From Candidatus Latescibacterota bacterium (GTDB lineage Bacteria > Latescibacterota > UBA2968 > GCA-2709665), in assembly GCA_965208835.1 (NCBI GenBank), contig OZ242358.1, forward strand, positions 2,336,001 to 2,400,000: 64,000 nucleotides of DNA, written 5' to 3'. A program made the translations under genes and the position numbers. Positions 35,616-46,000 of the stretch are shown here, one piece after another; positions within the stretch are counted from its first letter, which is position 1; each line of letters starts with the position of its first letter. Below the pieces are notes generated by a model, which ran no database searches, was not told where the DNA came from, and worked only from the letters and a program-made list of their open reading frames with translations.

Positions 35616-38600
35616 ATGCGTAGAAGCAGATTCCACCACATTCAGTGTGTGGTCGTGGCCATATGCGTGGCAGTTGCTGTCAGTCCTGACGCAGCACATG
35701 GCCAATCCATCCCATCCAGTTCGTTTGTCACCACCTGGCGCACGACAGCGAACAACCAGTCCATAACCATTCCCGCAAGCGGCACGTACACCATCGACTG
35801 GGGCGACGGGACCGTGGGAGAGGACATTAGCGGCAGGCAGACCCACAGGTATGATGCCGCCGGTACCTACACGGTGCGCATATCCGACGGCATCACCAGA
35901 TTCCACCTCTCCGGCCGCGCGGTAGCGCCCAAGCTGGTCTCCATCGACCAGTGGGGGACGGCCGAGTGGACGTCGATGCGCGAGGCATTCCAGGGCGCAT
36001 CCAACATGGTATACAACGCCACCGACGCCCCCGACCTCTCGCGCGTCACGGACGCCAGCTACATGTTCTACAAGGCGACCTCCTTCAACGGCGACATTTC
36101 CTCCTGGGACGTCTCGTCAGTCACTCATATGTCGCACATGTTCTGGGGCGCCACCTCCTTCAACCAGCCCCTGGACGCCTGGGACGTCTCGTCAGTCACC
36201 GACATGTACGCCATGTTCTCCCGCGCCACATCCTTCAACCAGCCTCTTGACTCCTGGAACATGTCGTCGGCGACCCGGATAGCGCGCATGTTCTCCACCG
36301 CCACCTCCTTCAACCAGCCCCTGAACTCCTGGGACGTGTCGTCCGTGACCAACATGTTCTCCATGTTCTCCAACGCCCACTCCTTCAACCAGCCTCTTGA
36401 CTCCTGGGACGTGTCGTCTGTGAAGACAATGAACGGCATGTTCAACCGCGCCTACGCCTTCAACCAGCCTTTGGACTCCTGGGACGTGTCGTCGGTGACC
36501 TACATGTACGAAATGTTCCGCCACGCCTACGCCTTCAATCAGCCCCTGAACTCCTGGGACGTGTCGTCTCCGACCACAATGCACGGCATGTTCGAGGAAG
36601 CCCGCTCCTTCAACCAGCCCCTGGACTCCTGGGACGTGTCGTCTGTGACCGGCATGAATTACATGTTCCGCGGCGCCACCTCCTTCAACCAACCCCTGGA
36701 CTCCTGGGACGTGTCGTCTGTGACCGACATGAGCAGCATGTTCGCCGGCGCCACCTCCTTCGACGGCGACGTCTCCGACTGGAACGTGTCGTCTGTGACC
36801 TCCATGGCCGGCATGTTCTACGGCGCCACCTCCTTCAACCAGCCCCTGAACTCCTGGGACGTCTCGTCTGTGACCAACATGTACAGCATATTCGCCGGCG
36901 CCACCGCCTTCAACCAGCCCCTGGACTCCTGGGACGTCTCGTCCGTGACCAGCATGGTGGACATGTTCTACGGCGCCACCGCCTTCAACCAGCCCCTGGA
37001 CTCCTGGGACGTCTCGTCCGTGACCAGCATGGTGGACATGTTTTACGGCGCCACCGCCTTTGAGCAGAACCTGGGAAACTGGCACATCGTGCTGGATGAC
37101 ACGTCAATCGACTATAGCGATACAACGGGAACCGTCGGGCGCATATCAGCGCAGAACGCCTTCCTTGACCGGCAGAACCCCGTCTACGGGATAGGCCCGG
37201 GCGGCGACTCCGGCTCCTTCGAGATGAATCGCTCCAAGCTCGTGCTGAAGGAGGTTCCCACAAAGGACTCGTACACGGTGACCATCACCGCGACCTCCAC
37301 GGGAGACTTTGGCACCGGCAACTCCCGGACGTTTACCATAGACGTGTCGGGCCTGCCCAACTACTTGTCCGGGTCGGCCTTTGTCACAACGTGGAAGACC
37401 ACGGCGCCCGGCCAGTCCATTAGCATTCCAGCAAGCGGCACGTACACCATCGACTGGGGCGACGGGACCGTGGAAGTGGACGTGAGTGGCCGGCAGACCC
37501 ACAAGTATGATTCCGCCGGTACCTACACGGTGCGCATATCCGACGGCATCACCCGATTCCACCTCGCCAACCGTGGAGTCGCACACAGGCTGGTCTCCAT
37601 CGACCAGTGGGGGACGGCCCGGTGGACGTCGATGCACGAGGCGTTCCAGGGCGCGTCGAACATGGGGTACAATGCGACGGACGCCCCCGACCTCTCGCGC
37701 GTCACCGACGCCAGCTACATGTTCAACAAGGCCACCTCCTTCAACGGCGACCTGTCCTCCTGGAACGTCTCCTCGGTGACCAACATGTACGGAATGTTCT
37801 GGGACACCGTCGCCTTCAACCAACCCCTGGACTCCTGGGACGTGTCGTCTGTGACCACCATGCACAACATGTTCTTCAGAAACCCCGTCTTCAACCAGCC
37901 CCTGAACTCCTGGAACACGTCGTCCGTGACCGACATGGACGGCATGTTCTCTCACGCCCGTTCCTTCAACCAGCCCCTGGACTCCTGGGACGTCTCGTCC
38001 GTGACCGACATGACCGGCATGTTCGCCTTCACCCCATTCAACCAGCCCCTGGACTCCTGGGACGTGTCGTCTGTGACCGACATGCACGCCATGTTCTCTC
38101 ACGCCACCGCCTTCAACCAGCCCCTGAACTCCTGGAACACGTCGTCTGTGACCGACATGAACCGCATGTTCCAGGACGCCGCCGCCTTCAACCAGCCCCT
38201 GAACTCCTGGGACGTGTCGTCTGTGACCAAAATGTTCTGGATGTTCCGCAACGCCTCCTCCTTCAACGGCGCCCTGGACTCCTGGGACGTGTCGTCTGTG
38301 ACCGACATGAACAACATGTTCCGCAACGCCTCCTCCTTCAACCAGCCTCTCGACTCCTGGAAACCCTCGTCTGTGACCTCCATGGCCAGCATGTTCTCCG
38401 GCGCCTCCTCCTTCAATGGCGCCGTGGACTCCTGGGACGTGTCGTCTGTGACCGACATGGTGTGGATGTTCGCCGGCGCCTCCTCCTTCAACCAGCCCCT
38501 GAACTCCTGGGACGTGTCGTCCGTGACCAACATGTTCGACATGTTCTACGACGCCACCTCCTTCAACCAACCCCTGGACTCCTGGGACGTGTCGTCTGCC

Positions 38601-41600
38601 ACCTCCATGAACAACATGTTCGACGACGCATCGGCCTTTGAGCAGAACCTCGGAAGCTGGTACATCGTGCTGGATGACACGTCAATCGACTATAGCGATA
38701 CGCTGGGAATCGTCGGACGCCTATCCGCGCAGAATGCCTTCCTTGACGGGCAGAACCCCGTCTACGGGATCGGCACGGGCGGCGACTCCGATTCCTTCGA
38801 GCTGAATCACTCCAACCTCGTGATGAAGGAGGTCCCCACCAGGGATACGTATACGGTGACCATCACTGCGACTTCCTCGGGAGGCTTCGGTACGGGCAAC
38901 TCCCGGACTTTCACCATAGACGTGAGCGACTCTACCGGAACGGCCCCTTTCACCGATCCAATGTGGTCGACGACGTTGACGGTCGAAGCCCGGAACGGCT
39001 ATCGGGGCTACTCGAGGATCGCCAGTCCCGATCTGGGCGCGGTGTCCGACTACAGGTTCCAGTACGGGTCGGGTGCCTACGAGGCGCAGATCGTCGTCGC
39101 GTATGCCGACGGCGTGGTCTTCCAGGTTCGCAGCCGAGGGGAATCGCTCTCGGACTTGACCCTGGAGTGGGCGGGTGAGACCCTCCCGTTGAGCGCCGCC
39201 GCCCGTAACGGCGACCGGTTTACCTGGGGCCAGACCTGGCTGGATGCCAACGCGGCGTCGCTGAATGCGTCCACGTACGCGACGACCCTGCCCGACAGCG
39301 GGACGGGCGCCGTCTGTCTGCGCACCACGGTGCAGACCTGTCCGAGCACGACGATCACGCAGCCGGCGATCGGTCCGACGATCAGCGTGTCCGATACCAG
39401 CGCGACGGAAGGGTCCGCGCCGCCGCTGACCGCGACGTTCGAGAACGCGCCCGCCGAGCACGACGGGTCGAGCGCGTTCACGCTCGAGCTCGCCTTCAGC
39501 ACGGAGGTGTTCGACGGCAACGAGGACTTCAACAAGAACCGGGCGGTCCGGGACGCCCTCCGGGTGACCGGCGGCACGGTCAGGGGCAGTCGCCGGGCGA
39601 ACCCCGCGGAGTACGACCGGTGGATCGTCCGCATTAAGCCGTCGGGTCCTGACGACGTGACGGTGACGTTGCCGGCAACGACCGGCGGCTGCGACGCCGC
39701 CGTGGCGATCTGCACACCGGACGGCCGGGCTCTGTCGAATGCGCCGAACGTCACGATTCAGGGCCCGCCGGGCCTGTCGGTGGCGGACGCGGAGGTCGAA
39801 GAAGGGCCCGACGCGGCATTGGCGTTTATGGTGACGCTCGACCGGGCGGTCTCGGGGCCTGTGACCGTGGCCTGGGCCACGAGCGACGGCACGGCGATTG
39901 CGGGCACAGACTACACCGCGGAGAGCGGGACGCTCACCTTCGCCGCGGGCGAGACAGAGAAGACGGTGTCGGTGGCGGTGCTGGACGATGCGCATGACGA
40001 GGAGAGCGAGACGATGGCGCTCACGCTCTCGACCCCGTCGGGAGCGTACTTGGCCGATGCCACGGCCACAGGGACGATTAATAACTCCGATCCGCTGCAG
40101 CGTGCGTGGCTGTCGCGGTTTGGACGGACGGTGGGCGCGCACGTCACGGACGCGGTGGGCGAGCGGCTGTGGAGCACGCCCGGACAGGGCCCCCATCTGA
40201 CGGTAGGCGGTTACCGGCTGCCCCTGGGGTGGCAGACCGCAGAGTCGGCTGAGGATGGCCGAGAAGCCCTCGCCCCCGGTGGGGGAGAGCAGGGTGAGGG
40301 TGAGCCGCCCGGTTCGACTGATGAGGACCCGGGTGCATCAACCTCCAAGCCGTTAGGGTTCCTAGCCGAAGTGGCCCGGGTCCTGGGGATTGCGCCCGGC
40401 GCGGGCGTGGCCGCCACGGATTCCCGCTGGCTCATCGGCCCCGGCCCGGACCCCCGGCCGGGACGGAGTCGGGTGTTCGATTTCGGCCAGATCTTCGATC
40501 TGCGTCAGGTCCTCCTGGGCAGTTCTTTCCGGCTCGACCTGAACGGGACCGGGGCCGGCACTGCGATGCCACTCCTGACGGCCTGGGGCCGGTTCGACGG
40601 CACCGCGTTCGACGGCCATGACGGCGGCCTGGCGATCGACGGGGACGTGTTCACGGGCACCGTGGGCGTTGACGGCGAATGGGATCGGCTGCAAGTCGGC
40701 GTGGCGGCAGCCCACAGCCGGGGTGACGGCGGGTACACCATGCCGGGGACCGGGATGCGCGGGACGGGCGACCTCGAAACCGCCCTGACCAGTCTGCATC
40801 CCTACCTGCGCTATGCCGTCACCGAGCGGCTGGACGTCTGGGGCATGGCGGGCTACGGCCGGGGTGACTCAAAGTGGGCCGTGCCCGAAGGGACCCTGGA
40901 GGCGGACACGGATTTCGTCATGGGTGCGTTCGGGGGTCGGGGCATTCTGCTGGCCGCCCGGGATGCCGGAGACTTGCAACTGGCCACGCGCACGGATGCC
41001 ATGTTGACGCGCACGAGTACGGATGCGGTTGCCGGGCTGGCTGAGACGGATGCCGACGCGCACCGAATGCGGGTGGTCCTGGAAGGCAGCCGGGGGGTGA
41101 CGTGGGCCGGCGGGCACCGCCTGACGCCGGCGGTGGAACTGGGCCTGCGGCATGATTCGGGGGACGCCGATACCGGCTTCGGCCTGGAAGTGGGGGGCCG
41201 GGTGCAATACGCAATCACGACCCTGGGCTTGACCCTCGAGGGCGCTGTGCGCGGCCTCCTGGCGCACGAAGATGAGGACTATCAGGAATGGGGGGCGAGC
41301 GGGATGGTGCGCCTGGCCCCGGGGGCCAACGGCAAGGGCCTGGCGCTGACCCTGGCGCCGACCTGGGGTGCGGCACGGAGCGGCATCGACGGCCTGTGGT
41401 CGCGGCAGACTACGCAGGGCCTGGCGCCGCAGAAGACACGGGGCAAGGCTGGCCGACTGACTACGGACGTGGGCTACGGGATGCCCGCGCCGTTCGGCAC
41501 GGGCATCCTGACGCCGTATGTGGGCACCGTTCTGGCGGAAGGCCGGACCCGTACCTATCGGGCCGGGACGCGGCTACGAGTGGACACCCGTCGGGCCGCG

Positions 41601-41696
41601 GGCCTGACCCTGAATCTCGAGGGCCGGCGCCAGGCGCCCACAGGCCGACAGCCGGTCAACCAGGACCTCCGCCTCCAGGCCACCTGGACCTTCTGA
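35616..41696 (+). CDS. Giant BspA/DUF285 LRR surface protein with two PKD-like+DUF285 modules, Calx-beta and a C-terminal autotransporter-like beta-barrel
   Basis: Signal peptide; TIDWGDG; 13 and 12 copies of the 25-aa FNQPLDSWDVSSVTxMxxMF repeat; Calx-beta TSDGTAIAGTDY..GTLTFAAGETEKTV; C-terminal AWLSRFGRT...GLRHDSGDADTGFG...terminal F. Confidence 0.9.
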   Translation: MRRSRFHHIQCVVVAICVAVAVSPDAAHGQSIPSSSFVTTWRTTANNQSITIPASGTYTIDWGDGTVGEDISGRQTHRYDAAGTYTVRISDGITRFHLSGRAVAPKLVSIDQWGTAEWTSMREAFQGASNMVYNATDAPDLSRVTDASYMFYKATSFNGDISSWDVSSVTHMSHMFWGATSFNQPLDAWDVSSVTDMYAMFSRATSFNQPLDSWNMSSATRIARMFSTATSFNQPLNSWDVSSVTNMFSMFSNAHSFNQPLDSWDVSSVKTMNGMFNRAYAFNQPLDSWDVSSVTYMYEMFRHAYAFNQPLNSWDVSSPTTMHGMFEEARSFNQPLDSWDVSSVTGMNYMFRGATSFNQPLDSWDVSSVTDMSSMFAGATSFDGDVSDWNVSSVTSMAGMFYGATSFNQPLNSWDVSSVTNMYSIFAGATAFNQPLDSWDVSSVTSMVDMFYGATAFNQPLDSWDVSSVTSMVDMFYGATAFEQNLGNWHIVLDDTSIDYSDTTGTVGRISAQNAFLDRQNPVYGIGPGGDSGSFEMNRSKLVLKEVPTKDSYTVTITATSTGDFGTGNSRTFTIDVSGLPNYLSGSAFVTTWKTTAPGQSISIPASGTYTIDWGDGTVEVDVSGRQTHKYDSAGTYTVRISDGITRFHLANRGVAHRLVSIDQWGTARWTSMHEAFQGASNMGYNATDAPDLSRVTDASYMFNKATSFNGDLSSWNVSSVTNMYGMFWDTVAFNQPLDSWDVSSVTTMHNMFFRNPVFNQPLNSWNTSSVTDMDGMFSHARSFNQPLDSWDVSSVTDMTGMFAFTPFNQPLDSWDVSSVTDMHAMFSHATAFNQPLNSWNTSSVTDMNRMFQDAAAFNQPLNSWDVSSVTKMFWMFRNASSFNGALDSWDVSSVTDMNNMFRNASSFNQPLDSWKPSSVTSMASMFSGASSFNGAVDSWDVSSVTDMVWMFAGASSFNQPLNSWDVSSVTNMFDMFYDATSFNQPLDSWDVSSATSMNNMFDDASAFEQNLGSWYIVLDDTSIDYSDTLGIVGRLSAQNAFLDGQNPVYGIGTGGDSDSFELNHSNLVMKEVPTRDTYTVTITATSSGGFGTGNSRTFTIDVSDSTGTAPFTDPMWSTTLTVEARNGYRGYSRIASPDLGAVSDYRFQYGSGAYEAQIVVAYADGVVFQVRSRGESLSDLTLEWAGETLPLSAAARNGDRFTWGQTWLDANAASLNASTYATTLPDSGTGAVCLRTTVQTCPSTTITQPAIGPTISVSDTSATEGSAPPLTATFENAPAEHDGSSAFTLELAFSTEVFDGNEDFNKNRAVRDALRVTGGTVRGSRRANPAEYDRWIVRIKPSGPDDVTVTLPATTGGCDAAVAICTPDGRALSNAPNVTIQGPPGLSVADAEVEEGPDAALAFMVTLDRAVSGPVTVAWATSDGTAIAGTDYTAESGTLTFAAGETEKTVSVAVLDDAHDEESETMALTLSTPSGAYLADATATGTINNSDPLQRAWLSRFGRTVGAHVTDAVGERLWSTPGQGPHLTVGGYRLPLGWQTAESAEDGREALAPGGGEQGEGEPPGSTDEDPGASTSKPLGFLAEVARVLGIAPGAGVAATDSRWLIGPGPDPRPGRSRVFDFGQIFDLRQVLLGSSFRLDLNGTGAGTAMPLLTAWGRFDGTAFDGHDGGLAIDGDVFTGTVGVDGEWDRLQVGVAAAHSRGDGGYTMPGTGMRGTGDLETALTSLHPYLRYAVTERLDVWGMAGYGRGDSKWAVPEGTLEADTDFVMGAFGGRGILLAARDAGDLQLATRTDAMLTRTSTDAVAGLAETDADAHRMRVVLEGSRGVTWAGGHRLTPAVELGLRHDSGDADTGFGLEVGGRVQYAITTLGLTLEGAVRGLLAHEDEDYQEWGASGMVRLAPGANGKGLALTLAPTWGAARSGIDGLWSRQTTQGLAPQKTRGKAGRLTTDVGYGMPAPFGTGILTPYVGTVLAEGRTRTYRAGTRLRVDTRRAAGLTLNLEGRRQAPTGRQPVNQDLRLQATWTF
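36050..38650 (+). repeat. Two arrays of ~75-bp coding tandem repeats (DUF285)
   Basis: ttcaaccagcccctggactcctgggacgtgtcgtctgtgacc repeated in phase, in arrays at ~36050-37070 and ~37710-38650. Confidence 0.92.
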
Positions 41697-41788
41697 CCTC
41701 GTCTGTCCGCAAAATCGGGGTAACTCCACTCTTCAACCCGCCACATTGGCGGTGCACGGGCGTCCCTTGTGGGCGCCCGCCTCTCTGT

Positions 41789-44200
41789 TTACGTTTCTGT
41801 GGACGCTTTTTCCTGAACTTCCGGCTTGCCGATGCGATAGCCGACCCCGTGTTCCGTGAAGATGTACCGAGGTTCGTCGGCATCGTCTCCCAACTTCCGC
41901 CGGAGCCGCTTGACCAGCGTACGGACCCTGCGCAGGTCCACGCCGCGTCGCCTGCCCCAGATTCGACGCAGCAGCGCATCGTGCGTCACCACCCGACCGG
42001 GGTTTACACAGAGTTCATACAGCAACTCGTACTCATGTGCGGTCAATTCCACGCGGCGTCCGCCCACGGTCACGCTCCGCTCCTCGAAATTGACGGTGAG
42101 GTCCTGCAATACGCATGGCTCCTCAATGTCCTTACGCAACGGACCGGGTTCCTTGCGCAGCGCCGCCTTGATGCGTACGACGAGTTCGGTGGGAGAAAAA
42201 GGCTTCACGATATAGTCCGACGCGCCCAGCGCGAACGCCCGCTCGATGTTCTCTTCCTGGCCGTATCCGGAGAGAAAGATGACCGGGATCCTGTCGATCT
42301 CCAGGATATCCTTCATCAGTTCGAATCCGTCCGTGCCGGGCAGTACGAGGTCGAGGAGGACCAGGCGAGGCTCGCGCGACTCGATCAGTTTCGCCACTTC
42401 GCCGGGATCGCCCGTTACAATCGCTGCGTACCCCGCTTGTGTAAGGATTTCACGCACGGACCTCAAGGTCTGCGGGTCGTCATCCACCGCGAGGATTGCG
42501 CCGTTGTGACTTTCGCTATCGCGCGCGGGCTCACCGGGACGCGCAGGGGCGCGGGCCGCGGATGCCGGAGTTTCCTCGGCAACCGGTACCGTGAAGGTGA
42601 CCTTCGTGCCAAGGCCCGGTCCGTCGCTCTCGGCCCACACTCTTCCACCGTGGGCCTCCACGATCCCCTTGCAGATGGCAAGCCCCAACCCGGTGCCCTG
42701 GGCGACCCTCTCATCGCTGTTGCTGTCGATTCGTGAAAACTTCCTGAAGAGTTGCGGCAGGAGGTCCGCGGTCAGACCCTTACCTTCGTCGATAACTGAG
42801 ATATGAACCTGGAAATCTTCACGCAACGCGGCCAGCCGGATCGGCGATGACGCGTCGGAGTACCTGGCGGCATTGAAGAGGAGATTGTCCAGAACCTGGA
42901 CGATGCGGCGCCTGTCAACCATAACCCAGGGCAGGTCCGGCGAAAGGTTGATTTCTACAGCGCGCGCGTCGCCGCCCCGCAGGAAGGTATTCCTTGCCTC
43001 ATCGACGATTTCCCCCACGTCGGCCGGCTCCGGCGTGATCGCGAGCGAACCCGTCTCGATTCTGGCCACGTCGAGCAGGTCGCTGATCTGGTCCCGCATG
43101 CGATCCGCCTGCTGGTCGATGATCCGGTAGAATTGACGTGCTTCGGCAGGATCGAGTATCGACGCATCGTCAAGCAAGGCGGCGGTCGAGCCCTTGATGG
43201 ACGTCAACGGAACCCGAAGTTCGTGGCTGACCATGCCCAGGAACTCGGCGCGAAGCCGCTCCAGGTCCTCCAGGGGCGTCATGTCCTGGATGGTCACGAC
43301 AACCGACTCGATATCGCCGTTCCCGGAACGGATGGGCGTGGCATTGACCAGCGTCGTCACGGACCGTCCGTCGGGAACCTGGAGGATGATCTCCTCCGCA
43401 CGCACAGTTTCTCCTGATCCCAGTAACTCGGCCACTTGAACCTCTTCCAGGGAAACCACTCGACCGTCGGCGCGCCGGAACGTAATCACTTCGAGCAGCT
43501 GCTCCTCCGGATGGCCCGGCGTGAGCAGGGCGCCCACGAGCCGTCTCGCCTCGCGGTTGAACGTCAGCGGCGCACCGGACTTGGCGTCGAAGACCACGAC
43601 CCCGACGGGTGAGGTGTCGATCAGAGTCTCCAGGTCGAGCCTTGCCTTCTGCTCGTCCCGGTGCCGGCGTGCATTGGCGATGACCGGCGCCGCCTGCGAG
43701 GCAAACATCGCCAGGGTTTCTTCGTCCGCCGCCGTGAACGTATCGTTGCCTCCCTTCTCGCAGAGACTGAACGTCCCCACGCTCTGGCCGCGGTAGCGGA
43801 TGGGCGTCGCCAACGCCGCGGGGGCGGGACTCAGAGGTATTTGAGGGCGGAACTCGGGCAGACCTTGAGACCGGAGGTAGCTGTGGAGATTCCGAAGCCG
43901 CAGCGGCTCCCTTATATGGGTGAAGTGTTCAAAAAGCTTGTGCCTCTCCGGCCTCAACCACAATCGCCTGGACTGATTGGGCGATAATCCGGACGTCTTG
44001 CAGTCCTGCACCCGCCCCTCATCGTCAAGCAGTACCATCAGGCCGTATCTCGCACCGGTCAGCGATCGGGCGCTGTCCAGTACCTCCTGCAATACGGCGT
44101 CGAACTCCAGACTCTCATTGATGCGAAGGCTGGCCTCGCTCAACTTCGACAGGCGGTCGCGGAGGTCCGCTATCTGTTGATCACGTTCGTCGATCTGCAT
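41789..44200 (-). CDS. Hybrid sensor kinase/regulator: GAF-PAS-HisKA-HATPase-REC-OmpR wHTH
   Basis: VSHELRVPL, NLLFNAARYS, GTGLGLAIC, AVDDD..LLDL..KPF and LRRKLGDD..YIFTEHGVGY. Confidence 0.92.
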   Translation of the reverse strand: MQIDERDQQIADLRDRLSKLSEASLRINESLEFDAVLQEVLDSARSLTGARYGLMVLLDDEGRVQDCKTSGLSPNQSRRLWLRPERHKLFEHFTHIREPLRLRNLHSYLRSQGLPEFRPQIPLSPAPAALATPIRYRGQSVGTFSLCEKGGNDTFTAADEETLAMFASQAAPVIANARRHRDEQKARLDLETLIDTSPVGVVVFDAKSGAPLTFNREARRLVGALLTPGHPEEQLLEVITFRRADGRVVSLEEVQVAELLGSGETVRAEEIILQVPDGRSVTTLVNATPIRSGNGDIESVVVTIQDMTPLEDLERLRAEFLGMVSHELRVPLTSIKGSTAALLDDASILDPAEARQFYRIIDQQADRMRDQISDLLDVARIETGSLAITPEPADVGEIVDEARNTFLRGGDARAVEINLSPDLPWVMVDRRRIVQVLDNLLFNAARYSDASSPIRLAALREDFQVHISVIDEGKGLTADLLPQLFRKFSRIDSNSDERVAQGTGLGLAICKGIVEAHGGRVWAESDGPGLGTKVTFTVPVAEETPASAARAPARPGEPARDSESHNGAILAVDDDPQTLRSVREILTQAGYAAIVTGDPGEVAKLIESREPRLVLLDLVLPGTDGFELMKDILEIDRIPVIFLSGYGQEENIERAFALGASDYIVKPFSPTELVVRIKAALRKEPGPLRKDIEEPCVLQDLTVNFEERSVTVGGRRVELTAHEYELLYELCVNPGRVVTHDALLRRIWGRRRGVDLRRVRTLVKRLRRKLGDDADEPRYIFTEHGVGYRIGKPEVQEKASTET

Positions 44201-44645
44201 CTCCTTCTAACCTCGATATGTCGGTGTTTGCACCCTCGTCAGGTTTTTCCCGGTGCTGCGAGCGGGGTGCATTTCAGAGTTGCGAATCAGCCTCAATCGA
44301 AAAAAACAGTCACGCGGCGACGCGATAAAACCCTCCGAAACAGGGCGTTCTCGACGTATAGAAGGACGTTTCTTCCTTCACGTCCAGTGACCTGGTGTAT
44401 CCTGGCAATCAGCCGTCTAATCGCCTTTATTTACAATCATATATTCGAATTTACGTACCCGAAGACTTACGAATCAAGGTCAGTTGCAGGCCAATGGAGC
44501 GAAAGACCATTGCAACAGGTAAATTCACGGTGTGTTTTCGAACGTCACGCGACGTGCGGTAAGTTCACTCGATTGGTGACAATATAGGTCAGGATGTTTC
44601 CTGAATCCAGCGCATTTTCGGAGCGGCGCGTCAATTCACCGGATG

Positions 44646-45881
44646 TCACGTTTCGACGTCCGGGTCCTCCATGTCTCCGAGACGATATCCTTCCCCAGGC
44701 TGATTGAGTATGTAAGTGGGATTGTTCGCGTCGTCTCCCAACTTGCGGCGGATTTTCTTTACCGTTGTTCGCAACCGCCGCGTGTCAGTGGAATCCAGCG
44801 TGTCCCAGACCCGCCGCAGCAGATCCCCACTGGTCTTCAGCCGCCCCGCGTAGGACGACAGCTCCACCATCAGACGGTACTCGAGCCTGGTCAGATGGAT
44901 CTGCCTTCCCGCGATCGTCACTTTACGCCTGTTGTAGTCAATTCTCAAATCTCCCAGAACGAACGGATCTTCCGGTACGGGGTTTTCCCGCTCCTTCCGG
45001 CGACGCAGCGCTGCCCTGATCCTGGCCGATAGTTCGGCGGGCGCAAAGGGTTTGACCACGTAGTCGGCTGCACCGGCATCGAGTGCGCGGGCGATCGCTT
45101 CCTCGTGCGCGTACGCAGAAAGGAAGATGACCGGAAGATCGGGATCGGTAATAACGTCGGTCATCACGTCAACCCCGTCGGTTCCCGTCAGGACCAGATC
45201 CAGCAGCACGAGGGCCGGTCGGTGTTTCTCCAGTAGTCCGGGTATTTCGTGCGGATTGCCGGTCACGCGGGCGTGATATCCTTCTCCGGTCAGGAAGTCT
45301 TTGACTCTTCGCAGTGTCTGAGTGTCATCGTCCACGACCAGGATGGACTGCGGCTCCCGCCCCCTCGTACGCCTTTCCGCGTCGACTGCAAGATCGCTGC
45401 GCCGCCGCACCAGATCCTCCAGGGGTGCCAGATCCTGCAGCGTCACCACAAGCCACTCGACCCCGCCGTCGCCTGTAAGAATCGGTCTGGCGTTCATCAA
45501 TGCAGTCACCCGTCGGCCACCGCGGATCCGGACCTCGACGTCCGCCGCCCGGATCGTCTCGCCCGCGCTCGCCGCCCGGGCAACGGGATGCTCCTCGAGC
45601 GAGAGCATTCGCCCGTCGCCTCGTCGAACGGAGACCGTCTCCAGGAAATGACCCATCGACTGCCCTGGCGTCAACAGGTCGCCGGCGAGCCTGCTCGCCT
45701 CCGGGTTGACGGTCGACAGCGTTCCCGTTACGACGTCGATAGTGACGATGCCAACCGGCAACGTGTCTATCAGTGCGCTCAGGTCGAGGCTCTCGTTGTT
45801 CCGCACGCTCGCTTGGCTCGACGTCTCAGGCTGCACCCCAAGAGTCGGGTCTATGCCTTCAGTCCGTTCCCCGGACCCCAT
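44646..45881 (-). CDS. PAS-REC-OmpR wHTH response regulator (kinase-less paralog of the adjacent gene); start uncertain
   Basis: ALIDTLPVG..VTLQDLAPLEDL joined to ILVVDDD..LLDL..KPF and IRRKLGDD..GEGY. Confidence 0.85.
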   Translation of the reverse strand: MGSGERTEGIDPTLGVQPETSSQASVRNNESLDLSALIDTLPVGIVTIDVVTGTLSTVNPEASRLAGDLLTPGQSMGHFLETVSVRRGDGRMLSLEEHPVARAASAGETIRAADVEVRIRGGRRVTALMNARPILTGDGGVEWLVVTLQDLAPLEDLVRRRSDLAVDAERRTRGREPQSILVVDDDTQTLRRVKDFLTGEGYHARVTGNPHEIPGLLEKHRPALVLLDLVLTGTDGVDVMTDVITDPDLPVIFLSAYAHEEAIARALDAGAADYVVKPFAPAELSARIRAALRRRKERENPVPEDPFVLGDLRIDYNRRKVTIAGRQIHLTRLEYRLMVELSSYAGRLKTSGDLLRRVWDTLDSTDTRRLRTTVKKIRRKLGDDANNPTYILNQPGEGYRLGDMEDPDVET

Positions 45882-46000
45882 GGTCTCTCCATGATCAACT
45901 GATTGAACTCCGTGACGTTCCGGAATGTGTTTGACGAAAACTTCACCTCGAAGGTTTACAGACCCTGTGGCGAGGAGGTTTTTGTTGCACGACCAAATAA

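Noticed and set aside
36050-38650. Regular ~75-bp repeats with variable intervening sequence resembling a CRISPR array or DGR
   Set aside because: The repeats are in-frame coding units of a DUF285 protein. No cas or reverse transcriptase gene is present, and no adenine-specific template/variable repeat pair is evident.
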